Shown in pieces: positions 24,104 through 32,791 of a DNA stretch of 64,000 nucleotides (position 1 is its first letter; each line of letters opens with the position of its first letter). A program made the translations under genes and the position numbers. The notes under the pieces are model-generated. The model ran no database searches. It was not told where the DNA came from and was given only the letters and a program-made list of their open reading frames with translations. This stretch comes from a virus (lineage: Duplodnaviria; Caudoviricetes): positions 32,001 through 96,000 of the IMG/VR virus record IMGVR_UViG_3300036762_000065, one strand, 5' to 3'.

Positions 24104-25699
24104 ATGCAAGCTCACGTTAAACATTTGGCTAATAACATTACACCTATTGTATTAGAACCGGGTCAAACATGGAAAAATAAATCTACTATATATTCATACA
24201 GATGTACAAAACATAATAGTGTCGGACTCGTTGCAGGTAGACGTGCGTTACGCACAGGGACGAAAGCATTTTGTGAAGACTGCGTATTTGAAGATCGTCC
24301 TAAACATACTAAGTGGTTGAATAGGTTGAGAGCAGGACTAGACACTAAAGGAAAAAAGTCTGGAAAATATATATGTACGGAACACCTTATTGAAAATGTA
24401 AAACCTGTTAAACATATTTATCAATACGGAACATTAACGTTCTGCCGCGAGTGTGAAGAAGAGAATATAGAGAATATTGTAAATCGTAAATTAGAAGCGC
24501 ACACTGATAGGGTACTTAATAAATACCCGCACATTAAAGTAAAACGTAACCAAAAGTTTGATGGCCGTAATAGCATTATATATAAATGCACCACTCATGG
24601 AATTGTAGGTTATGCTAAGCCTAATTACGCATTAACTCATGGTTCGTATTCGTTTTGTTCAGCATGTAAAGAAGAATACTCTAACAGACCTGATAAACCT
24701 ACTAGAAAGAAAAGAAAGAAAGTAAGCATACCGGACTTGCATAATGTTATTTTGAAAAGGGAAAAGTTGGATGAAACCGACTTAGAGCGCATTAGGTTAT
24801 GTGCCAACAAAAACTGTCTTTGTATTAGATACCAATTTCTAAACAATTTAGCAAGGCTTTCGAAGAAAACGACTAAACGTTTTATGTTGTTCGAAGCTAA
24901 ACATAATTACGGAATTAAAAAGACTATTGCATTAGCCTTAGGTGAGTTAGATTTTAAGTATTGCGAAGTATGTAAATCTGACATAACAAATAAAAAGAAG
25001 TCTTTGTTATTCTGTAGCCGTCATTGCGCACACAATTCAAAACAGATAAAAGATAAAAAGAAACAGACCACTTTTAGTAGATATGGTGTATTATGTCCTA
25101 CTAAAAACCCTGTTATATATAAAAAGATGATAGAAAATAATATTCGTAAATACGGAGTAGAGAATCCAGCACATTTAGACTCTGTTCGAGACAAGGCTAG
25201 GAAAACTAATATGGAACGTTATGGCGTTCCTAATCAGATGCAGAACGCAAATGTGTTTGAAAAAATGCAGAGAACTAGCTACGCTAGAAAACGCATTACT
25301 ATTAAAGGCATTGATTTTGACGTACAAGGTTACGAAGGATTTGCTATAAAAGGTATTGTATGTGCTGGCGTTGATCCAAAAGATATTTTATGCGGTGTAA
25401 GTGACGTGCCTCATATACAATACAAACGTAAAGGTATATATAGAGTGTATTTTCCGGATCTTTTTTTACCAAAAACTAATCATTTGGTTGAAGTAAAATC
25501 AACACATACGTTCGGACTATCAGAGTCATCTTACGCAAAAAATTGGTTTGTTACAACAAAACAAAAAGCAAAAGCTGCAATATCGTGTGGATACAAGTTT
25601 TCACTTGTACTTTTACGTGCTGATGGTACTAGAATAAAGTTACCTAAAGATTGGTATAAAATGAAACATGCTCGTATTATTTCTCTAGGACTATCTTAA
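24104..25699 (+). CDS. Free-standing putative homing endonuclease (Zn-binding repeats + C-terminal PD-(D/E)xK nuclease)
   Basis: Three YxCxxH...FCxxC repeats; CEVC...FCSRHC; (R/K)YGV...P repeats; YEGFAI...YFPDLF...LVEVKS. Lies between the intein halves. Confidence 0.8.
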   Translation: MQAHVKHLANNITPIVLEPGQTWKNKSTIYSYRCTKHNSVGLVAGRRALRTGTKAFCEDCVFEDRPKHTKWLNRLRAGLDTKGKKSGKYICTEHLIENVKPVKHIYQYGTLTFCRECEEENIENIVNRKLEAHTDRVLNKYPHIKVKRNQKFDGRNSIIYKCTTHGIVGYAKPNYALTHGSYSFCSACKEEYSNRPDKPTRKKRKKVSIPDLHNVILKREKLDETDLERIRLCANKNCLCIRYQFLNNLARLSKKTTKRFMLFEAKHNYGIKKTIALALGELDFKYCEVCKSDITNKKKSLLFCSRHCAHNSKQIKDKKKQTTFSRYGVLCPTKNPVIYKKMIENNIRKYGVENPAHLDSVRDKARKTNMERYGVPNQMQNANVFEKMQRTSYARKRITIKGIDFDVQGYEGFAIKGIVCAGVDPKDILCGVSDVPHIQYKRKGIYRVYFPDLFLPKTNHLVEVKSTHTFGLSESSYAKNWFVTTKQKAKAAISCGYKFSLVLLRADGTRIKLPKDWYKMKHARIISLGLS

Positions 25700-25700
25700 T

Positions 25701-25835
25701 ATGAATACAGTCAAAGTAAAATCAATAAAACGGGTGCAACTTGAGCAAGGGCATCCTGTATACGATATAGGCGTATCAGACAATCATAACTATCTAGTTT
25801 CATCCGATGGTGAGTGTTCCGTACTAACACATAAT
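25701..25835 (+). mobile_element. Split intein C-fragment (45 aa)
   Basis: Block F VYDIGV; terminal His-Asn at 25830-25835; Cys+1 at 25836. Confidence 0.92.
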
Positions 25836-26831
25836 TGCCATAAAGCGAATAGTAATACTTTCGCACAAGTTGTTTCTAAGTGGCCTTCTCGTATTAAGCT
25901 AGGCGTTACTGCCACAGAAAAAAGAAAAGATCAACGCGAGTTCTTGATAAAAGAGTTGGTCGGACCTGTTGTGTCTAGGGTTGAAATACCACAGTTGCAG
26001 GCTAGAGTCATATTACATGATATGGATTATGTTAAACCAAAATCTGCTTATAAAGGACCTGCTGGTTTTGTCTATGCTACTAAGTTTTTGTCTAAGCACG
26101 AAAAACGCAATAACACCATCTTAGAGTATGTGCTTAAAGATATTGCCAAAGGTCATTGTATTATAATACCTACACACTTTAGGGAGCATGTATCGTTTCT
26201 TGTTGCTGCAATAAACGAATTAGCAGGACATAAAATAGCAGAAGAATTTGTAGGCGGTTCTGGTAAGAAGAATAAAGAGCATAGAGAAGGCGTTTTAGAA
26301 CGTGCTAAATCAAGGAAGACTCGTGTTGTTGTAGGAATAAGAAGCTTGTTGCAGCTAGGACTAAACGTCCCTGCATGGAGTGCATTGTATTATATAATGC
26401 CGATGTCAAACGAGCCCAACTGGAAGCAAGAGTCTAGTCGTATACTAACACCTGACGACAGCGGCCTAAAGCGAACTCCTATAATTAGGATGTTTGTCGA
26501 TAAGCACATGGGGCTTTCGTTAGGGTGCTGGTCTAACACATACAAACAAAGCTTGAAGTTTAAACATGTGCCTACAGAAGGTGCTCGCAAACTAGCTCAC
26601 GACTTCTTTGAAATACAAGGAAGCAATACTAGAGGTAGCTACAACGAAAGCGATCCTTACGCAGAGTCTTCTAGTCCTGTACGTGCTAAAAAAGCAAAAC
26701 ATAATGCAGACGATCCTTATTCAGGAGAAGCCGTAGCTACAATGAAACACGGTAAGACACCTCGTGAACGTCACAAGTCTTTAAAAGACAGAGCGAGTAA
26801 AAATGCACCTTCCGGTTTATTTAATAGGTGA
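25701..26831 (+). CDS. Split intein C-part (aa 1-45) fused to helicase C-extein (aa 46-376)
   Basis: VKVKSIKR...VYDIGVSDNHNY...LTHN|CHKA; motif III GVTAT; LGLNVP; QESSRILT. Confidence 0.92.
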   Translation: MNTVKVKSIKRVQLEQGHPVYDIGVSDNHNYLVSSDGECSVLTHNCHKANSNTFAQVVSKWPSRIKLGVTATEKRKDQREFLIKELVGPVVSRVEIPQLQARVILHDMDYVKPKSAYKGPAGFVYATKFLSKHEKRNNTILEYVLKDIAKGHCIIIPTHFREHVSFLVAAINELAGHKIAEEFVGGSGKKNKEHREGVLERAKSRKTRVVVGIRSLLQLGLNVPAWSALYYIMPMSNEPNWKQESSRILTPDDSGLKRTPIIRMFVDKHMGLSLGCWSNTYKQSLKFKHVPTEGARKLAHDFFEIQGSNTRGSYNESDPYAESSSPVRAKKAKHNADDPYSGEAVATMKHGKTPRERHKSLKDRASKNAPSGLFNR

Positions 26832-26848
26832 ACTCTAGGAGAGTATAC

Positions 26849-27445
26849 ATGTCCAGTTACATATTAAACATAATAGGTTCTGATGACGATCTTCAATTGT
26901 CTGTACCTATAAAAACACCTTCTAATGTCGCAGAGTGGTTGTACACTATAAAGCAAGATATGGAAGTTGATGTACATCTTTCTGTGACAAAGAACAACGT
27001 TAAGGGTATATCGTTTAGTGAACTTATATCTTTCTTTGTGTCTTGGAGTGACTCCTACGTAAAACATTCAGAAACAAATAAAAAGTTTGAAATTCAAATA
27101 GTCAACTCCGATACGAACCAAGTACGTATGATTGCGGAATCAATGTGTGTGTCTTTTGACAAGTCAGAGAAGCTTGTATCCTTGTATTTAACTAGCTGTA
27201 AGTTGGGCGCAAATGCTAATGTCGTATACCTCGACGGAAGCGAGTATTTATCTGTACCTACTTTGCTAGAAGAGGCTTCAGAGGCAACGGCAGTCATTAT
27301 AATAATGCAAGAACGTAGCGGTCGAATCACCCATTCTGTTTCTGAAGGTTGGAAAAAAGAAACATTGACATATGCGTTTAGGAAGACTAACCGGCATATT
27401 GAAGATACTTTGTTTGACAATGACCTGTACGATTTTGAGGATTAA
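26849..27445 (+). CDS. Hypothetical protein
   Basis: ATG 26849 follows AGGAG. Confidence 0.5.
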   Translation: MSSYILNIIGSDDDLQLSVPIKTPSNVAEWLYTIKQDMEVDVHLSVTKNNVKGISFSELISFFVSWSDSYVKHSETNKKFEIQIVNSDTNQVRMIAESMCVSFDKSEKLVSLYLTSCKLGANANVVYLDGSEYLSVPTLLEEASEATAVIIIMQERSGRITHSVSEGWKKETLTYAFRKTNRHIEDTLFDNDLYDFED

Positions 27446-27447
27446 GC

Positions 27448-27912
27448 GTGAAGTACTTACATGTGACACTCGGCTTAGAAGATTCGGAAAAGATAGACTA
27501 CGATGCTGCTTTAAAGTTTTTCGTAGATCAAGGCCTTACTGTAACATCAAAAAGAAACTCTATAACGTGTTGCTTGGTGTTTATCATAGAGTTACAGGAT
27601 AAGAAAATACAAAAATTATTCACTAATGTCGATCTAATGTTGGTAGACAGTGAAACACAAAGCATGGTGTCCTATAAATTAGACCCTGCTGTAGAACTGC
27701 ATGACTTGCCTACGAAATTTCCAAAACAGAAATCTTTATCTAATTTCTGTAAGAATGATGAATACGGTACCCACTCTAATTTTGAATATAATTCAGGAAT
27801 AGACGCTACGGTAACTTTAAACTTACCGGACGGTCCTTTAGACGTACCTTTAAACGACTTCGTTATACTAATTGCAAGTAAGATTAGAGACTTAGAAAAC
27901 GGTATAGTGTAA
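27448..27912 (+). CDS. Hypothetical protein
   Basis: GTG follows GAGG. Confidence 0.5.
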   Translation: MKYLHVTLGLEDSEKIDYDAALKFFVDQGLTVTSKRNSITCCLVFIIELQDKKIQKLFTNVDLMLVDSETQSMVSYKLDPAVELHDLPTKFPKQKSLSNFCKNDEYGTHSNFEYNSGIDATVTLNLPDGPLDVPLNDFVILIASKIRDLENGIV

Positions 27913-27946
27913 ATATATAATAACATTAAGAATAAGGTTTACTACA

Positions 27947-28603
27947 ATGACCGACTCAAAAATTAGATTGGATTTTCAGTTCGACACAAAGCGCCAAGCT
28001 ATATTAAAATCCAGAGGTGTTGACGGTAATTTGTTTGCTAATACCAGAAATAAGTTTGAGTTTGAAGAAGCTGTTTGTAGAATGAAGCCTGAGATTCGCA
28101 ATGTAATGAACAGAGGCATACCTGTTAAACGTCAAATACGACAGTTGAATAGTATGTTGGAACATCCTCTTAGAAGTAATGTTGTTGTCGGTATTGGAAG
28201 TTTCCCCAGTGACAACAGGGCTAAGATAATAGCTTTAAATATAATGAATCGTGCAGTAGACATGCAAATTGCTAACACTAAATCTAGCAGAAAAAACAAA
28301 CGTCTAGCAGGCAAGAACTATCCTTTGTGGCATAAGGTGTTTGGCGGATTCGGAGATGAATTGCGAGACAACGGTAAGTTCGACAATCCTAGTATGTTGA
28401 TCATATCAAACATAGGTATAGATTCCACACCTATGAAAGTGGAAAAAGTTAGGGATATATTAGAAAAGTACACCGCAGTGCCAAGAATAGTAATCGTAAA
28501 TGGATGTTGTCCGATGAAATTTTTTGCAACTAAATTATTTTTACCCATGAACTATGGGTTTTATGTAGGGTCAGACAATAAAACAACCGTTTTAGAGTTC
28601 TGA
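27947..28603 (+). CDS. Degenerate P-loop-like protein, possibly DnaC/IstB-like helicase loader
   Basis: PSMLIISNIG...KVRDILEK...PRIVIVNG resembles the DnaC-like Walker B/sensor region; no intact Walker A. TGTAAATA motif at 27908. Confidence 0.35.
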   Translation: MTDSKIRLDFQFDTKRQAILKSRGVDGNLFANTRNKFEFEEAVCRMKPEIRNVMNRGIPVKRQIRQLNSMLEHPLRSNVVVGIGSFPSDNRAKIIALNIMNRAVDMQIANTKSSRKNKRLAGKNYPLWHKVFGGFGDELRDNGKFDNPSMLIISNIGIDSTPMKVEKVRDILEKYTAVPRIVIVNGCCPMKFFATKLFLPMNYGFYVGSDNKTTVLEF

Positions 28604-28618
28604 TCTACGGAGGTTATC

Positions 28619-29146
28619 GTGATTTATGAAACAATATCTTATTTCTTATTTACTGATGTTATAAATTCAAACTACAAAGAAGAGCCTGCAAGATTAAACA
28701 ATGATATTTATTGCAGTATCTTCCAACCGATGTTTTCTACTATTGTTCGTAAATATTTAGACGATAAAATTTGTTACATACCCACGTACAACCAATATCA
28801 AACAGATAAGATTTTAAAGGCATTAAAGCGAGGCGTAGGTTACTCAGGGTTTTCTACAAAACATATTGTTACTATAGACGAACACTATAGAAAGACAGGA
28901 GGCCCTTTGATAATAGTAGGAGAGGCGTCAAGGACAAAAGAATTAACACTCAAGGTAGACTGGAGTTTTTTGTATCCAATGCTATCCCATCCTGAACTAC
29001 AAACACTGTTACATATTTCAAACAGTGTTTGTTTTCCTGTACCTTGTAATACTATACCTTGGTACAACACATACATGAATTGGTTTTTAGCAGAACTTGA
29101 TAGGAGCACACAACATGATTATTTTAAAACAATCTCGCAGTATTAA
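28619..29146 (+). CDS. Hypothetical protein
   Basis: GTG follows GGAGGT. Confidence 0.55.
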   Translation: MIYETISYFLFTDVINSNYKEEPARLNNDIYCSIFQPMFSTIVRKYLDDKICYIPTYNQYQTDKILKALKRGVGYSGFSTKHIVTIDEHYRKTGGPLIIVGEASRTKELTLKVDWSFLYPMLSHPELQTLLHISNSVCFPVPCNTIPWYNTYMNWFLAELDRSTQHDYFKTISQY

Positions 29147-29363
29147 CGAGTGGCATAAGGTCTTTGCTTGGAAGCCTGTACGTATATCGAGAGTCGAACT
29201 TGTGGACGGAACTAAGGTCGAGTCCTCGGAGTTTGTTTTTCTATGCAATGTTGAACGTAGAACCACCTACACATCTGGTGTACGTCAAGGTGTTGAGTAC
29301 AGGCATTGCGTTAAACTTAAACAAGAGCTTGGTAATGTTGTGTCTAGTAAGGTACCAGAATGA
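29115..29363 (+). CDS. Small hypothetical protein
   Basis: ATG 29115 follows AGGAG; WHKVFAWKPV motif common in small phage proteins. Confidence 0.5.
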   Translation: MIILKQSRSINEWHKVFAWKPVRISRVELVDGTKVESSEFVFLCNVERRTTYTSGVRQGVEYRHCVKLKQELGNVVSSKVPE

Positions 29364-29647
29364 GTATTATGAACAACACTATGGATATGTTTGATTCTAT
29401 GTTTGCACAAAAGCGTATCTATACTGAAGTCTTTTTCTTAAACAAGCGAATAGAAGGTAATAATTACGTATTAACCTTACCTTCTATTTTAAACAAAAGC
29501 ATAACTGTGTCTGTTTCTATTTCTATGTGCTGTGAAACCCGTGTTAAGGAAGGCTTTGTAGAAATAGAGCAATGTCACTATGTTGAGGCATTACAGTTGA
29601 CTAAACTTAAAGGATATCTCGATGAACCAGTTGTGTCTGATTGTTGA
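29360..29647 (+). CDS. Hypothetical protein
   Basis: ATGA overlap with the upstream stop. Confidence 0.45.
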   Translation: MSIMNNTMDMFDSMFAQKRIYTEVFFLNKRIEGNNYVLTLPSILNKSITVSVSISMCCETRVKEGFVEIEQCHYVEALQLTKLKGYLDEPVVSDC

Positions 29648-30383
29648 AGAGCCTTCGTTAGTAGATAGTTCGGTATTGCTCAAGATAGAAGAATACCGAA
29701 CTATGTTGGTACAAATGAATTCACTCTTAGATCATTTAACGGAATCTTTAGCTACAGTAGATTCCCTATATAGACTAAAGCATACTAAACTTATTTCAAC
29801 CATGTCGGAGTTGATAGCGCAATTAAATTTAATTGACTACGCCAACGCAGTGACTCCAGAACATGCCGAGCCTGAAAGAAAGTTAACAGAGGAAGAAGTT
29901 AATTCCGGTATAAGCCTACTTAAAAAACGTCTAAAGAAACAAGCTGTTAAAACTTACAGGCGCATATGCAACCTAACACACCCGGATAAGACAAAGCGAA
30001 AGTCCTTTTCTCAAGAGGACTTTAATGTACTTACAGGATTGTATCACGAGGCACAAAAAGCGTATGCGTCTCTGGATTTAATTACACTTAGGTTTATATT
30101 AGGCAAAGTTGCGGAAACCTACGGAACCTGCGTCACTAAGCTTGTGGAAGCTTACGACAGTGTAGAGGATTCCCTTGATTTAGAAACAGAACTTAACTTA
30201 ATACAAGATAAAGTTAAGGAAACGGATTCTAAAATACGAGACTGTTATGGCAGTGGATTATATACTGTCTTGCGTATGCATGTTTCCAATAACTCTTTAG
30301 GCGCATCTTCCGTTTATAGAACAATGCTAGAAAGTAAGATTGCCCAATTAAAGCAACAAATAAAATTATCCCTTTCTAAATAA
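29622..30383 (+). CDS. J-domain (DnaJ-like) co-chaperone protein
   Basis: AVKTYRRICNLTHPDK...YHEAQKAY; flanking coiled coils. Confidence 0.75.
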   Translation: MNQLCLIVEEPSLVDSSVLLKIEEYRTMLVQMNSLLDHLTESLATVDSLYRLKHTKLISTMSELIAQLNLIDYANAVTPEHAEPERKLTEEEVNSGISLLKKRLKKQAVKTYRRICNLTHPDKTKRKSFSQEDFNVLTGLYHEAQKAYASLDLITLRFILGKVAETYGTCVTKLVEAYDSVEDSLDLETELNLIQDKVKETDSKIRDCYGSGLYTVLRMHVSNNSLGASSVYRTMLESKIAQLKQQIKLSLSK

Positions 30384-30396
30384 GCGCGAGCATAAC

Positions 30397-30408
30397 TTAA
30401 TAATTTAA
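30397..30408 (+). promoter_or_regulatory. Putative late promoter motif B (TAATTT core)
   Basis: TTAATAATTTAA, identical at 59759-59770; precedes the sheath gene. Confidence 0.45.
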
Positions 30409-30469
30409 GAGTGGAAGTAGTTGTTTCGATAACTACTAAATAAGAAACTCTTTCTTTCGAGGTTAAGTT

Positions 30470-32107
30470 ATGCCTGCTACATCTGTACATCCTAGTGCTG
30501 GCGTATACACCAATGAAATCGACTTATCGCAGCGTGTTCGTGCTGCAAGTACTTCCATTGGTGCTATAATTGGTGCCGCTCCAAAAGGTCCTGTAGGTGA
30601 ACGAACTTTAGTTACTGATAAAGAAGAACTAAGGTTGAATTTCGGCTATGGCGATGCAAAAAAATACGGGTATATGTTATTCTGCGCTGAGCCTTTTCTA
30701 GCTCAAAGTAGTCAACTGTATGTGACTCGCCTAGTTAACGGTGCGTTAACTGCCGGAGCCTACTTAACTGTTGATAACCCTGCTGCCGCAGTTCCCCAAT
30801 TATCTTTGACAAACTTTGATGATGGTTCCAACAATCCGCTCGGTATTGTTGATCCTATGAACAATCTTGCGTTTGATCCTAGCGACCCTTCTATTACAAA
30901 CACATTAATGTTCTTCGCTGCCGCTAATCCTGGTGAGTGGAATAATAAAATTGCAGTTAAATTGCGCCCCTCTAACCCTAAAGGGTTGCCTGTAGGGCAG
31001 GGTCATGATGTTAACCATTTTTATATTGATGTGTTTTACGACTACACAGGTCCAAATAACATGCCTGTGGAAAGCTTCCTTGTAAGTAGAACCCATGAGC
31101 TTGACGGTGGCGGTCGCCAGATGTTTGTTGAAGATGCAATTAATGGTTCTTCTAATTACATAAGGGTTAAAAACAATCCACTATGTCCTATTGTAGGCGT
31201 ACTATCCGAGGTGTTTGAGTTTCTTGACGGAGGAACTGACGGAGATGCAGTTACAGCCGATCAAGTTGCCGTTGCTTGGGATTTATATGACGATCCTGAA
31301 ACACTAGACGTTAATCTACTTATCTCTAGCGGATATGATGTTCCTGTAGTACATAGAAAGATGGATCAAGTAGCCCGTCTACGTGGCGATGCCATTGCTA
31401 TACTGAACGTTCCAGATTCTGAGTTTGAAGTGTCTAGTGCTGTAAACTACAAGCGAAACACGTTGAACTTAAATAGTAGTTATAGCGCACTGTATGGACC
31501 TTTCATACAAATCAGAGATACTGCTAATAATAGGCTTATCTATATTCCGCCTTCTGGACATATTGCGGCAGCGTATGCATTTACAGACACAAATAGAGCG
31601 GTTTGGTTTGCACCCGCCGGTTTGTCTCGTGGACAGGTTCGAGTTCTCGGTGTGCGTAAGAAGTACAACCAAGGAATGAGAGATGCACTTGATAAAGCAC
31701 AAGTTAACGTAATTCGTTTCTTTCCGGGAAGAGGTTATGTTATTTGGGGGCAAGAAACTTGCCAATCTCATGCTAGTGCCTTCTCTAACGTTAACGTTAG
31801 ACGTTTGATAAACTTTATGAAAAAGTCTATTGCTACAGCCGCACTTGTTGGAGTGTTTGATCCGAATGATGCGTTTTTACGATTACAGTTAAAAAGGCTG
31901 GCAGAAGATTTCCTCAAGCCTATAAAACGAGGTCGTGGTTTGTACGATTTTGATGTTATTTGCGATGAGCGTAATAACAAGAATGACACTATTGCAAACG
32001 GTGATATAATTCTTGATGTGTACGCCGATCCGGTTATACCAGCAAAACGTATACACTTGACTGCTTTTGTCAATCCAACAGGTTCGCGCTTTACCGAAGG
32101 TTCATAA
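30470..32107 (+). CDS. Contractile tail sheath protein
   Basis: GVYTNEIDLS; KGPVG; PPSGHIAAAYA; WFAPAG; IWGQET; NVRRL; FDPND; ICDERNN. Confidence 0.95.
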   Translation: MPATSVHPSAGVYTNEIDLSQRVRAASTSIGAIIGAAPKGPVGERTLVTDKEELRLNFGYGDAKKYGYMLFCAEPFLAQSSQLYVTRLVNGALTAGAYLTVDNPAAAVPQLSLTNFDDGSNNPLGIVDPMNNLAFDPSDPSITNTLMFFAAANPGEWNNKIAVKLRPSNPKGLPVGQGHDVNHFYIDVFYDYTGPNNMPVESFLVSRTHELDGGGRQMFVEDAINGSSNYIRVKNNPLCPIVGVLSEVFEFLDGGTDGDAVTADQVAVAWDLYDDPETLDVNLLISSGYDVPVVHRKMDQVARLRGDAIAILNVPDSEFEVSSAVNYKRNTLNLNSSYSALYGPFIQIRDTANNRLIYIPPSGHIAAAYAFTDTNRAVWFAPAGLSRGQVRVLGVRKKYNQGMRDALDKAQVNVIRFFPGRGYVIWGQETCQSHASAFSNVNVRRLINFMKKSIATAALVGVFDPNDAFLRLQLKRLAEDFLKPIKRGRGLYDFDVICDERNNKNDTIANGDIILDVYADPVIPAKRIHLTAFVNPTGSRFTEGS

Positions 32108-32122
32108 TAGGAGCTATACGAA

Positions 32123-32770
32123 ATGGCAGAATTACGTCTTGAACAATTAATTGAGGATTGCGAGCGAATTTCCAACGTTCGCAATTTAGATACAAATAAT
32201 CCTATAGTGTTACGTTTAAGCCACCCTACAAATGCAACTGTGCATGTGTTGGTGTGTGCTTTGCGCGAACCTTCTGATCTTGTATTACCTATTAACGTAA
32301 CTTGGTTTAACCTAAATCCTCAGTCTGTGGATTATAGACAGGCTATGCGTAGAGTTAGTAAAGATCCTGATGTATCGGCGAATATGGACCACACTTGGGA
32401 GAAGGTTTATCAGTACGATGATGTGTTTGGACTTCAAGAATACGATGCGACAGATACATTACTACTTACAGACAACACAGCTATACCTCCAGCACAACCG
32501 ACAGTTTTAGGTACTGCTAGATTGTCTGTTCCTGCTGCTGTATCGTCTAACCCGATAGTAGTCGGTGACAACGATCCTAGACTGTCTGATGCTCGTATTC
32601 CTACCGCTCATAATCACGTACAAGAACCGGCACAACAGTTAAAGACTTCTGTAGGTACTGTTACTATAAGCGGTTCGGCAGCTCCTGTTGCCGGTATGTC
32701 CTTGATTGCTATTAGTGCTAATCAAGCCGAGTGGAGACGACTACGTACTTCTGATATTGACAATTCCTAA
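32123..32770 (+). CDS. Tail-associated fibre anchor protein, paralogous to the N-terminus of the next gene
   Basis: Shares LPxNVTW, DY...RRVS and NPxVVGDNDPRxxDARxP with the next ORF. Confidence 0.6.
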   Translation: MAELRLEQLIEDCERISNVRNLDTNNPIVLRLSHPTNATVHVLVCALREPSDLVLPINVTWFNLNPQSVDYRQAMRRVSKDPDVSANMDHTWEKVYQYDDVFGLQEYDATDTLLLTDNTAIPPAQPTVLGTARLSVPAAVSSNPIVVGDNDPRLSDARIPTAHNHVQEPAQQLKTSVGTVTISGSAAPVAGMSLIAISANQAEWRRLRTSDIDNS

Positions 32771-32791
32771 TCGGGTTATTTGGAGATCAAC

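Noticed and set aside
24098-25700. Group I intron interrupting the helicase
   Set aside because: Only 6 nt and 1 nt of non-coding sequence flank the endonuclease, leaving no room for a ribozyme core; intein motifs explain the split.
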